Source: a bacterium UBP10_UBA1149
GTDB taxonomy: Bacteria; Desulfobacterota; Binatia; UBA1149
Reading direction: 5' to 3'
DNA: 37,934 nt
Assembly: GCA_002311335.1 (NCBI GenBank)
Contig: DBZX01000015.1
Location: 106,430-144,363 of the forward strand
In this document: one piece after another, positions 11,159-20,145 of the stretch
How the letters are laid out: each line of letters begins with the position of its first letter
Numbering within the stretch: position 1 is the first letter of the stretch
Made by a program: the position numbers and the translations under genes
The notes under the pieces: generated by a model
What the model was told of the DNA's origin: nothing
The model's database searches: none
Seen by the model: only the letters and a program-made list of their open reading frames with translations

Positions 11159-11433
11159 AGGGCAAAGCCCCTGGCCTGGGCGATGCGTTCTTTCAGCCCC
11201 CGCAGCAGCGTGCTGCGGTCCATGCCGGAGGTCGAGCTGCCCAGCTTTTCAAACGTTCGTTCGGCTTCGAGCTGTATGGAGGCTTCGGCGGCAAAGTTGG
11301 CCGAGACCGCTGCCGAAACGGCCTCGGCTACCACGCCGTGGGGGCCTTTTATTGCTGGCGAGGCCTCGTCGAGCAACTTGCGGGCAGCCTGCATGGCGAC
11401 GTCCTCTATCGACTGCTTGCTGCGGTCTTTCAT
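11155..11433 (-). CDS. Hypothetical small helical protein (92 aa)
   Basis: Third-codon positions are about 75% G/C by my count, and the composition is K/E/A-rich and protein-like. It is the first gene of a two-gene unit. No family recognised. Confidence 0.5.
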   Translation of the reverse strand: MKDRSKQSIEDVAMQAARKLLDEASPAIKGPHGVVAEAVSAAVSANFAAEASIQLEAERTFEKLGSSTSGMDRSTLLRGLKERIAQARGFAL

Positions 11434-11561
11434 GCTGCGTGCCCCATCCCGGGGCTACAATACCGGGGGCTGGTGGCTACCGCCAGAGATAAACGATGGT
11501 TGGGCGATGGTGTCGGCGGCCCTGTTGAAAACTCTGCCAAGGGCAGTAGGCTGGTAAACAG

Positions 11562-12485
11562 ATGATGGTCAAACCAGCTCCCCTGGCAGCAGGCGACAGG
11601 GTCGCCCTGGTGGCCCCGTCCGGGGTATGCGACCCCGGCCGCCTGGCAACCGGCGTGCAACTGTTGCGCGATTGGGGACTGGACCCGGTCACGCTGGCCG
11701 TCGATGGGCGGTTTCGCTACATGGCCGACTCCGACCAGCGGCGCGCCGCTGCCCTTACCGAGGCTTTTTCCAACAACGACTACCGGGCCGTGATGGCGGT
11801 TCGCGGAGGTTTCGGCTGCGCTCGCCTGATCGACCGTTTTGACACGGCGCTGGTGGCTGCCAATCCCATAATACTCACCGGTTTCAGCGACCTTTCTTTG
11901 CTGCTCAACCGCGTGGTGCAGGAAGCCGGCGTGGCCTGCTACCATGCGCCCATGGTCGCGGCCGATCTCCCGCGCCTCGGCGAAGCTGCCAGGGAGTCGT
12001 TCCGGCGTTTCCTCTTCGGCGAAGACGGCTGGTTTGCAGGCCAGGCCGAGCAGTGCTGGCGCGGTGGTGTGGCGGAGGGCCTGCTGGTCGGGGGCTGCCT
12101 TTCGGTGCTGGTCACTACCCTGGGAACCCCCGCTGAAATCGACACCGAATCACGCATACTGTTTCTCGAAGACGTCGCTGAGAAGCCCTACCGCATCGAT
12201 CGCATGATGACCCACCTGCGACAGGCCGGAAAACTCGATCGCGTAGCGGGCCTGGTGCTTGGACCCATGACCGATTGCGATGACGGCCAGGGTCCCGGCG
12301 TTCTCAGGGACATAGTTCTCGAGGCGTTGGCTGGCATTGACTGCCCGGTGGCCTGGGGGCTGCAGTCGGGGCACGGCTGCGACAACGGTGTGCTACCTTT
12401 CGGATGCAGGGTGAGACTCGACGCTGACGCGCCAGGCCTCGAGCTGCTCGAGTCGGTGCTGTCCCCGGCCACGAGGTCGGGGTAG
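11562..12485 (+). CDS. ldcA: LD-carboxypeptidase (peptidase S66, muramoyltetrapeptide carboxypeptidase)
   Basis: 307 aa. GDRVALVAPSG, GGFGCARL and the nucleophile elbow GFSDLS are typical of S66. Confidence 0.8.
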   Translation: MMVKPAPLAAGDRVALVAPSGVCDPGRLATGVQLLRDWGLDPVTLAVDGRFRYMADSDQRRAAALTEAFSNNDYRAVMAVRGGFGCARLIDRFDTALVAANPIILTGFSDLSLLLNRVVQEAGVACYHAPMVAADLPRLGEAARESFRRFLFGEDGWFAGQAEQCWRGGVAEGLLVGGCLSVLVTTLGTPAEIDTESRILFLEDVAEKPYRIDRMMTHLRQAGKLDRVAGLVLGPMTDCDDGQGPGVLRDIVLEALAGIDCPVAWGLQSGHGCDNGVLPFGCRVRLDADAPGLELLESVLSPATRSG

Positions 12486-12508
12486 GCCGACTCCACGAGT
12501 TAAGCAAG

Positions 12509-13702
12509 GTGAGTAAGGGTGGGCAGGTATGGGCCGGGTTGGAGTCGCTGGTCGAAGAGGCCATGGGCCGGGGCGTGAGTCCGGGCGTGGTGCTGCTTGT
12601 AGGCCGGGGCGAAGACGTAATTTACCAGCGCGGCTGGGGTCGCCTGGGACTGGGCGAGAACCCCGACGTAGACAGCGCGGTTATACCCGCTACGCGTTTT
12701 GACGTGGCCTCACTGAGCAAGCCCCTGGCGACGTTTGCCTCGCTTGTGTTGCTAATGGCAGAGGGGCACTTGCTGCTGGGCCAGCCGGTGGCCGATTTTT
12801 TTCCAGGCTTTGGCGGCGTGGGACCCTTTGCCGGTGCGGGAGCAGGTGGAACTTCGGTCACCGTCAGCCAGCTGCTCACCCACAGTTCGGGCTTGCCCGA
12901 CTGGGTGCCGTATTTCAAGGCCCCGGAATTTGCCGCGGCCGGGCCGCAGCCGTTCACCTTCGACAAGCGTCGTCGCAGCCGCCTCGTGGCCGAGGTCGCC
13001 CGCCAGCCGTTGGTGTACGAACCCGGCAGCGAGTCGCGCTACAGCGATCTCGGTTTCATACTGCTGGGTGACATCGTAGAGCAGATCTCCGGCGAGGGTC
13101 TCGACGAGTTTATCACCTCGAGGCTGCTGCAACCGCTTGGCACGGGGGCTGGTTTCCGTCGTCCGGGCTCAGGCGTCCGGGGGCAGCCCGACGCCGAGTT
13201 AGCTCCCTGTGGAATCTGCGGGTGGCGGCAGCGGCTGGTGCAGGGGCAGGTGCAGGACGAGAACGCCTGGCTTATGGGCGGGGTGGCCGGGCACGCGGGA
13301 TTGTTTGCCTCGGCCCGGGACATCCACCTGTTGGCCGCTGAGCACGAGGCCGCGCTGGCTGGCAAGTCAACGCTGCTCGACGGCCGGCTGCTGCGCCACC
13401 TGCTCGACGCCGAGCCGTCGGTGCCTGGCTCGACCTGGCTGCCCGGCTGGGACACGCCCACGCCAGGCGCCTCGACGGCCGGCAGCCTGGTCGGCGCGCG
13501 CGCGCTCGGGCACCTGGGCTACACCGGTAGCTCGCTTTGGATAGACCGCGACCGGGGGGTGCACGTGGTGCTGCTCAGCAACCGCGTTCATCCCCACACT
13601 GGCAACCGCGGCATCGCTGCGCTCAGGCCGGCGGTGCACGACGCAGTGTTCGAGTGCGTTGATTCGCTGTCTCGACAGCGGTCACGCAAGCGTGCAGACT
13701 GA
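12509..13702 (+). CDS. Serine hydrolase of the beta-lactamase/penicillin-binding fold (class C-like)
   Basis: 397 aa. SxxK motif (ASLSKP), YSD (YxN-like) and HAG (KTG-like) in the expected order. GTG start. Confidence 0.8.
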   Translation: MSKGGQVWAGLESLVEEAMGRGVSPGVVLLVGRGEDVIYQRGWGRLGLGENPDVDSAVIPATRFDVASLSKPLATFASLVLLMAEGHLLLGQPVADFFPGFGGVGPFAGAGAGGTSVTVSQLLTHSSGLPDWVPYFKAPEFAAAGPQPFTFDKRRRSRLVAEVARQPLVYEPGSESRYSDLGFILLGDIVEQISGEGLDEFITSRLLQPLGTGAGFRRPGSGVRGQPDAELAPCGICGWRQRLVQGQVQDENAWLMGGVAGHAGLFASARDIHLLAAEHEAALAGKSTLLDGRLLRHLLDAEPSVPGSTWLPGWDTPTPGASTAGSLVGARALGHLGYTGSSLWIDRDRGVHVVLLSNRVHPHTGNRGIAALRPAVHDAVFECVDSLSRQRSRKRAD

Positions 13703-13709
13703 ACGGGTC

Positions 13710-15128
13710 GTGGCAGGCAAATCACAACACGTACATCTCGTGGCTGTATGCGGCGTCGGCATGGCGCCGCTGGCCGTCATGCTCAAGCAGTCGGGCTACA
13801 CAGTGAGCGGCTCCGACAAGGCTTCCTATCCGCCCATGGGGCAGGTGCTGGCCGACGCCGGCATAGAGATACTCGAAGGTTTTTCGCCCGACCATCTTGA
13901 CCCCCTGCCCGACGTGGTAGTTATCGGCAACGCGGTGTCGGCCAGCAACCCCGAGGCCGCGGAGGTCGAGCGCCTGGGGCTGCCGCGCCTGTCATTCCCC
14001 GAGGCGGTGGCCCGCTACTTCCTGCGCGATCGGCGTAGCCTGGTGGTGGCCGGTACGCACGGCAAGACAACCACCACCGGCATGCTGGCGCGCGTGCTCG
14101 AGGTCGCCGGCGAGGACCCCGGCTACCTGGTGGGCGGCCTGGTGCGCGACCTCAAAGGCTTGGCGCGGGCGGGCCGGGCGGGCGCCTGGTTTGCCATCGA
14201 GGGCGACGAGTACGACTCGGCCTACTTCGACAAGGGCCCCAAGTTTGTTCACTACCAGCCGGCGGCGAGCATAATCACCAGCGTTGAGTTCGACCACGCT
14301 GACATCTACCGCGACGTGGAGCACGTCAAGAGTTCCTTTGCGCGCCTGGTCGAGTTGCTGCCCGAAGGCGCCCCGCTGGTGGTTTGCGGCGACTATCCCC
14401 ACCTGCTCGACCTGCTTGGTTCGTCGCCGCGGCCGGGCTTGATCAGTTACGGTTGCGGCGACAACAACCAGTGGAGGCCCACAGAACTCGAGCACGGTTC
14501 GGCCGGCAGTTCGTTCCGACCGTCGCTTGAAGGTGAGCTGGGCCCGCGCTTGCAGCTGCGGCTTCACGGCAGCATCAACGTGCTCAACGCGCTGGCGGTG
14601 TTTGTGCTTTCGAGACAGCTCGGTATATCCGACGCCGCCGTGGCCGAAGCCCTGGCGGGGTACCGGGGTGCCGCCAGGAGGCAGGAGCTGGTGGGCAGTG
14701 CTGCGGGCGTGGACGTGATCGATGATTTTGCCCATCACCCCACCGCGGTTGCCGGCAGCCTGGCTGCCATGGCCGACGCGTACAACGGGCGCAGGGTGTG
14801 GGCGGTGTTCGAACCGCGCTCCAACACCAGCCGCAGGTCGGTCTTCCAGGCTCGCTATACCGAGGCCCTGGCCCTGGCCGACCGAGTCGTCCTGAGCGAG
14901 GTGTTCCACAAGGAGAACGATACCCTGGCCGAGGGCGAAGCGCTCGACACCGAGGCCGTGGTTGAGGAGCTGAACAGCACGGGCACCCCGGCCTGGCAGG
15001 CCGACGGTCCCGACGTCATACTCGACCGCCTGCCGGGCGAGCTCAAAGCGGGCGACGTGGTGCTGTGCATGTCCAACGGCGCTTTTGGAGATCTTCCGCG
15101 CCGCCTGCTGGCCGCTCTCGGCGGCTGA
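13710..15128 (+). CDS. mpl: UDP-N-acetylmuramate:L-alanyl-gamma-D-glutamyl-meso-diaminopimelate ligase (murein peptide ligase)
   Basis: HVHLVAVCGVGMAPLA..L...GY.VSGSD...YPPM aligns with the Mpl N-terminus, and GTHGKTTTT is the Mur-ligase P-loop. I prefer GTG 13710, just after the upstream stop. The track start TTG 13659 overlaps the previous gene by 44 nt. Confidence 0.85.
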   Translation: MAGKSQHVHLVAVCGVGMAPLAVMLKQSGYTVSGSDKASYPPMGQVLADAGIEILEGFSPDHLDPLPDVVVIGNAVSASNPEAAEVERLGLPRLSFPEAVARYFLRDRRSLVVAGTHGKTTTTGMLARVLEVAGEDPGYLVGGLVRDLKGLARAGRAGAWFAIEGDEYDSAYFDKGPKFVHYQPAASIITSVEFDHADIYRDVEHVKSSFARLVELLPEGAPLVVCGDYPHLLDLLGSSPRPGLISYGCGDNNQWRPTELEHGSAGSSFRPSLEGELGPRLQLRLHGSINVLNALAVFVLSRQLGISDAAVAEALAGYRGAARRQELVGSAAGVDVIDDFAHHPTAVAGSLAAMADAYNGRRVWAVFEPRSNTSRRSVFQARYTEALALADRVVLSEVFHKENDTLAEGEALDTEAVVEELNSTGTPAWQADGPDVILDRLPGELKAGDVVLCMSNGAFGDLPRRLLAALGG

Positions 15129-15134
15129 ACTGTT

Positions 15135-17288
15135 CTATTTTCCGGCAGCGCTGTCGCCGCTGGAGCCATACACGCGCTCGAAATTGCGAGCGTTGCGGAG
15201 AACCTTTTTCACGTAGCCACGGGTCTCGCGGTAGGAAATTCTTTCGATGAACTCATCCTCGTCGAGGCCGTCCAGCCGGTCGAACCAGCGTTGCGCCGCG
15301 TTCTCGCCCGCGTTGTAACCGGCCAGCATGAGGACGGGGTTGTCGTTGAAGCGCCGCGCGAGCGAGGCGAGGTAAGCCGTGCCCAGCGCGATGTTGACGT
15401 CGGGCACGAAGAGGTCGTCGCGCGAAGGCTCTGCCCGGTCCGTCGCCCTGGCCACCCGCCTGGCGGTGGGCAAGAGCAGTTGCATCAACCCGTAGGCAGC
15501 GGCCGGCGAGGTGGCGTGCGCGTCAAAAACGCTTTCCTGTTTCATCAGCGCGTAGACCAGCGAGGGGCGGATCTTCCAGCGACCCGCTTCGCGCCCCACG
15601 ATGTCGGCATGGGCCCTGGGGTAGAGAAACGGGTACAGCTGGGCATCGTTGAGCAGGCCCTTGCGATAGAGCTGCAGTGCCACGCGCAGGCTGCTGTTCC
15701 AGGCACCCGACGCGGCCAGCTGCGGCAACAGGGCCAGCAGTTGCTCGCTGCTGCGGCCGCTCGTCAGCCGAGCGGTTTCGGTGGCCCCGTGGTGGCCCAG
15801 GCCGGCGATTCTCAGTGCTTCCGCCCGCGCCAGTGTGCGCCGTGCAGAGGCGTCAAGCGTGACCGTTGAGCGTGGAAGATTTTCGACCGTGGCCGCGGGC
15901 GCCCTGAGCGGGAGCCGTTGCTCGACCAGCCAGGAATAAAAGCCGTCGGGAAACTCGGCCAGCAGCTGCCGGTAGACGGCCAGGGCCTCGTTGCTGGTCT
16001 TGCCAGCCGCGCGTTCAATGGAGCGGGCTTTCCAGTACAGGGCGCCTTCGCGTCCACTCGGGCTGGAGGGCCTGCTGACTCCTGACCCACGGGCCGGTGG
16101 CTTGGTGGCCTGCACGATGAGACCGAACTTCCACGCCGCGCCAGGGTAGTTGCCCGCCCGGTACGAGGCCCAGCCGGCCCGCCACGCGGACTCACTGCGG
16201 ATGTGCTGGTCAGGGCTTTTTTCGGCCGAGCGATAGTGGGCGGCCGCGCTGTTGTAGCGGCGGGCCGACTCATGGATGCGGCCCGAGGCGTAGTGGGCTT
16301 TGTGCTCTTCGTCCAGCCCCGACCCCAGCGACAGAAATTTTTCGAAGCGTTGCAGGGCCAGCGTCGACTGGTTCGCGTTCCAGCTGTACACCGCCGACTC
16401 GTACAGCAGTCGCGCCGACCGGCCCGGGTCGCTTTCGCCCGCAGATTTCTGCGACAGCCACCAGGCAGCCGCCTGCTTATCTTTCAGGGCCGCGGTCGAG
16501 CGGGCCCGGCCGAGAATCGAAGTCGTGCGCGATGGGTGGCGCGGAAAGTCCTTGAGCAGCTTGTCCAGCATCGCTACGCGTTGGCTGTGCCTGCCCTCGG
16601 CACCCAGCAGCCGGGTCTCGGCCACCAGCTGCTCGGCGCTGGTCGGCAACAGTTTCGGGTTGTCGCTTTGCAGATCGGATGCCAGCTCGGCGGCCGGCCT
16701 GCCCGATTGACCGCCGGGGTCTCTTGCCCTGGCGCGGTTGGCCAGCTCGAGCGAACGCCGGGGGTCCGAGGCCTGCAGGCGGCGCGCAGCCGCCACCGCG
16801 ATGGCCGCAAAATCGGCGTTGAGGGTGGTTCCGCCGCGGTACTTTTCGGCCAGCTCGAGTACGCGGGCATCTGCTGTTTCCGGCAGGCCAACCAGCAGCG
16901 CTGCGCTGGCGGGCGCCACCGGCGAGTCGGGTACCAGCGCCAGCAGCTTCTCGAGTTCGGCGGCAGCCGCAGTTTTTTCATCGGCGGCCGCTTCGGCGCT
17001 CAAGCCGGTAGCAGCGAGCCTGCTGCGGGCCAGGAAGTAGAGCACGTAGTCCTGCAGCAGGGCGAAGTCGTTTTTCAGGGTGAGCAGGGTGCGCCGGGCC
17101 AGGGCCGGGTCGTTGTCCCCGCTGGCTGACAGGGCCGTCACCGCAGATCCCAGCCGGGCGGCGTGGGTGGCGTCGGATCTGCCGAGCAGGGATTTTTCGG
17201 GTGCCGCCAGGGCGCTGCAGGCGGTAACGGCCGGGGCCAGCAGTGTGGCTGTAAGCAGGAAGGAAAGCGCTCTAACTCTGGTCAGCAC
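15135..17288 (-). CDS. slt: Soluble lytic murein transglycosylase (Slt70-like)
   Basis: 717 aa. Signal peptide, a long alpha-superhelical N-terminal region, and a C-terminal SLT domain with MKQESVF (catalytic Glu-Ser), AYGLMQL and AGYNAG. Confidence 0.85.
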   Translation of the reverse strand: MLTRVRALSFLLTATLLAPAVTACSALAAPEKSLLGRSDATHAARLGSAVTALSASGDNDPALARRTLLTLKNDFALLQDYVLYFLARSRLAATGLSAEAAADEKTAAAAELEKLLALVPDSPVAPASAALLVGLPETADARVLELAEKYRGGTTLNADFAAIAVAAARRLQASDPRRSLELANRARARDPGGQSGRPAAELASDLQSDNPKLLPTSAEQLVAETRLLGAEGRHSQRVAMLDKLLKDFPRHPSRTTSILGRARSTAALKDKQAAAWWLSQKSAGESDPGRSARLLYESAVYSWNANQSTLALQRFEKFLSLGSGLDEEHKAHYASGRIHESARRYNSAAAHYRSAEKSPDQHIRSESAWRAGWASYRAGNYPGAAWKFGLIVQATKPPARGSGVSRPSSPSGREGALYWKARSIERAAGKTSNEALAVYRQLLAEFPDGFYSWLVEQRLPLRAPAATVENLPRSTVTLDASARRTLARAEALRIAGLGHHGATETARLTSGRSSEQLLALLPQLAASGAWNSSLRVALQLYRKGLLNDAQLYPFLYPRAHADIVGREAGRWKIRPSLVYALMKQESVFDAHATSPAAAYGLMQLLLPTARRVARATDRAEPSRDDLFVPDVNIALGTAYLASLARRFNDNPVLMLAGYNAGENAAQRWFDRLDGLDEDEFIERISYRETRGYVKKVLRNARNFERVYGSSGDSAAGK

Positions 17289-17335
17289 GTGGTCTCCTTT
17301 TTGACTTTACCTGAGCGGGTTCAAGAATACAGGCC

Positions 17336-17965
17336 ATGGATACCGGCCGCCTCGTATTGGCGTCTGCCTCGCCAAGGCGGCGCGAGATTCTCGATCGAGA
17401 GGGTTACAGTTTCGATATTGACGTAGCCGGGGTCGAGGAACTTCAGTGCCTGGGCGAATCAGCGCTGCACGCCACTATCCGCCTGGCCCTGGAGAAGGCC
17501 GACGCGGTGGTGGGCCGGCGCCACCCGGGCGAAGTAGTCCTCGGCGCCGACACCACGGTGGTGGTAGGGGAAATGATGATGGGAAAACCCATCGACCGCG
17601 CCCAGGCGGTTGACTACCTGCTCATGCTCGCGGGACGCAACCACCTCGTCTACACGGGCTGGGCGCTGCTGGCGGCCGGCGGCGGTACGGGCCTGGCGCC
17701 ACCCGTCTGCGGGTTTACACGCTCGGTGGTGCGCATGAGGGAGTTTTCGAGATTGGAGGCCGAGCGCTACGTAGCAATGGGCGAAAGCGACGACAAGGCT
17801 GGTGGTTACGCGTCGCAAGGGCTGGGGCGCGCGCTGGTGGCTGCGGTAGTGGGTTGTGTGGACAACGCGATCGGTCTGCCCGTGGCGCAGCTCGAGGCTC
17901 CGCTTGCGCGCCGGGGAGTTCGGCCGCTGCAGCAAGGAGGGGGAGACGGTGGCGGTAGCCGATAG
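17336..17965 (+). CDS. maf: Maf-like nucleoside triphosphate pyrophosphatase
   Basis: LVLASASPRRREIL N-terminus and GADTVV, D.AGGYA motifs. Confidence 0.9.
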   Translation: MDTGRLVLASASPRRREILDREGYSFDIDVAGVEELQCLGESALHATIRLALEKADAVVGRRHPGEVVLGADTTVVVGEMMMGKPIDRAQAVDYLLMLAGRNHLVYTGWALLAAGGGTGLAPPVCGFTRSVVRMREFSRLEAERYVAMGESDDKAGGYASQGLGRALVAAVVGCVDNAIGLPVAQLEAPLARRGVRPLQQGGGDGGGSR

Positions 17966-18650
17966 TCTTGCCGAGGTCAGGGAACGGCTGGCCGCGGCTG
18001 CTGCCCGTGCCGGCCGTGCAGACCGGCCGCCGCTGCTGGTGGCCGTCACCAAGAACCAGCCCGACGAAGCCCTGCTGGAGGCGGTCAGGGCGGGGCAGCT
18101 CGATTTCGGCGAGAACTACCTGCAGAAGGCCCTGCCGCGTATGCAGATCGCAGGCCTCGAAGACGTTCGCTGGCACCTCGTGGGACGCCTGCAGTCGAAC
18201 AAGGCCAAGCGGGCGGCCGACGCTTTTTACCTGCTGCATGGCATCGACTCGGCTTCGGCCGGCCGGGCCTTGTCGCGCGCTGTTGTCGCGCGGGGAGAAG
18301 CGGCCGCGCCTTGCCGCTTGTTGTTGCAGATCAAACTTGGCGGCGGCCAGGGGCGGGCCGGGGTAGAAGAGGCCCGGGCCGAGCAGCTCTTGAGGCAGTT
18401 GGCCGACATGCCGGGGCTGAGCATCGAAGGCCTTACCGGCGTAGCCGACCCGGGGCAGGAGGCGCGCCCGCAGTTTGAACGGCTGCGATTACTGCGGGAA
18501 AGACTGCGGGGGCTGGACCTGCCGCGGGCAGCGATGGTTGAGATATCTGCCGGCATGTCGGCTGACTACGAGGACGCGATCATGGAGGGTTCAACGATGG
18601 TAAGGATAGGCAGGGCTGTGTTCGGGCAGCGTGAAAGGGGCGAGTCGTGA
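17949..18650 (+). CDS. yggS: PLP-binding protein YggS (UPF0001, alanine-racemase N-terminal fold)
   Basis: LVAVTKNQP (PLP lysine), FGENY.Q, WH.VG.LQSNK, GMS.D. The start is set at GTG 17949, preceded by AAGGAGGGGGA. The track start at 17856 lies inside maf. Confidence 0.88.
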   Translation: MAVADSLAEVRERLAAAAARAGRADRPPLLVAVTKNQPDEALLEAVRAGQLDFGENYLQKALPRMQIAGLEDVRWHLVGRLQSNKAKRAADAFYLLHGIDSASAGRALSRAVVARGEAAAPCRLLLQIKLGGGQGRAGVEEARAEQLLRQLADMPGLSIEGLTGVADPGQEARPQFERLRLLRERLRGLDLPRAAMVEISAGMSADYEDAIMEGSTMVRIGRAVFGQRERGES

Positions 18651-19498
18651 GCAAGCAGGCGCCGGTTGTCGGTTTTGTTGGTGGCGGCAACATGGCTGCT
18701 GCGTTGCTCAAGGGCTTGCTGGAGCCGGGCGATGACGGCGGCGGTGTTTCTCCAGGGTCAATAGTCGTCTGCGAGCCCCTGGCGGTCCGCCGCCGTGTGC
18801 TCAAGCGGCGCTTTGGAGTCAACGTCACGGCTGATCTCGCGCAGCTGGCCGAGGCCGCCCGGACGGTGGTGCTGGCGGTAAAACCGCAGGTCATGGACGA
18901 GGTTATGTCGGGCCTGTCGCCGCTGCTGGGGCGCGGCAAGCTGGTCATCTCTATCGCGGCCGGTGTACGCCTGTCGCGCATGGAGAAGGCCCTGGGGCCG
19001 GGCGTGCGCACTATCCGGGTCATGCCCAACACCCCTTGCCTGCTGGGCAGCGGCATGTCGGTGCTTTGCGCGGGGGCGACTGCGCGGAGAAAAGACCTCG
19101 CGGTGGCCAGGACCATGTTCGAAGCCGTTGGCGAAGTGCTCGTGGTCGAAGAAGAGAAGCTGATGGACGCGGTTACCGGCTTGAGCGGTAGCGGCCCGGC
19201 CTATGTTTACCTGTTTGCCGAGGCGCTGGCCCGGGGTGGCAAGGCGGCCGGACTCGACCAGGAAACCGCTTTGCACCTGGCCTGTCACACCTTGGCTGGC
19301 GCCGCCAGGATGTTGCTTGAGAGCGGGCAGGGGCCCGTCGAATTGCGCAAGGCGGTTTCGTCGCCGGGCGGCACCACGCTGGCCGGCCTCGCCGCTCTCG
19401 CCAGCGGGGGGTTCAGCCAGACGGTGGCTTCGGCCGTGAAGGCAGCCACGAGGCGGTCGAGGGAACTCGCCGTTGACACGACTGGCCGCCGTTCCTAG
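18647..19498 (+). CDS. proC: Pyrroline-5-carboxylate reductase
   Basis: VGFVGGGNMAAALLKGL Rossmann motif, RVMPNTP, SPGGTT. GTGA overlap with yggS. Confidence 0.92.
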   Translation: MSKQAPVVGFVGGGNMAAALLKGLLEPGDDGGGVSPGSIVVCEPLAVRRRVLKRRFGVNVTADLAQLAEAARTVVLAVKPQVMDEVMSGLSPLLGRGKLVISIAAGVRLSRMEKALGPGVRTIRVMPNTPCLLGSGMSVLCAGATARRKDLAVARTMFEAVGEVLVVEEEKLMDAVTGLSGSGPAYVYLFAEALARGGKAAGLDQETALHLACHTLAGAARMLLESGQGPVELRKAVSSPGGTTLAGLAALASGGFSQTVASAVKAATRRSRELAVDTTGRRS

Positions 19499-19548
19499 TT
19501 TCGTTCTGTTCCCACGAGGGAAACAAAAAACAACGGAAGCTAACCAAG

Positions 19549-19917
19549 GTGCCAATCTACGAATACGAGTGCCCCGTCTGCGGGGTTTTTGAACACAGCC
19601 AGTCCATGTCCGACGATCCCCTGTCGAGCTGCGCCACCAAGGGTTGCCGGCGCAAGGTGAAGCGGCTGATTTCGTCGTCGTCGTTTCAGCTCAAGGGCGG
19701 CGGCTGGTACTCGGAGGGCTACCAGAAAGGCTCCGGGGGCGATTCATCCAAGGACTCGGGCTCCACTTCGTCCGCCGACTCGTCCGCCGCTTCGTCGGCC
19801 GACTCGTCGTCTGACTCGTCGCCCAGCAGCGGCTCCGACAGCAGCCCGGGCAGCGGCTCAAGCAAGGGGTCAGGCAAGAGCTCGAGCAAAACATCGGCGA
19901 AAAAACCCACGAAATAA
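19549..19917 (+). CDS. FmdB-family zinc-ribbon protein (CxxC...C..C) with a ~65-aa serine-rich tail
   Basis: MPIYEYECPVCGVFE...SC...GC...V.RLIS is the FmdB/CxxC_CxxC_SSSS signature. The C-terminal half is S/D/G low complexity ending in KKPTK. Confidence 0.8.
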   Translation: MPIYEYECPVCGVFEHSQSMSDDPLSSCATKGCRRKVKRLISSSSFQLKGGGWYSEGYQKGSGGDSSKDSGSTSSADSSAASSADSSSDSSPSSGSDSSPGSGSSKGSGKSSSKTSAKKPTK

Positions 19918-19948
19918 GCTGCATCGCGTCAAAACCAGGCACAAGGCC

Positions 19949-19976
19949 TTGACTTTCATGACGCAGTGAGTAAAAC
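19949..19976 (+). promoter_or_regulatory. Candidate sigma-70-type promoter for the 20146 gene
   Basis: TTGACT-16 nt-TAAAAC, about 170 nt upstream of the ATG. Motif match only. Confidence 0.3.
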
Positions 19977-20145
19977 AATGCACAGGTAAGCGTTACGGCC
20001 AGCTTTGGGGCTGCCCGCACATGGATACGGCAGCGGTTTGGGTACAGACTTAAACCGGTGCTTCCTGGGCGGGTTCCCGTCCGGCACTCCCCCTGTTGGG
20101 GGGGCAAAGACGGGACCGGATGACGCGGTACGACAGGAGGAAAAA

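Noticed and set aside
19508-19530. Hairpin TGTTCCC-ACGA-GGGAACA just after proC.
   Set aside because: It is followed by an A-run, not a T-run, on the proC strand, so it does not fit an intrinsic terminator for proC. No minus-strand gene needs it, and it is too weak to call.
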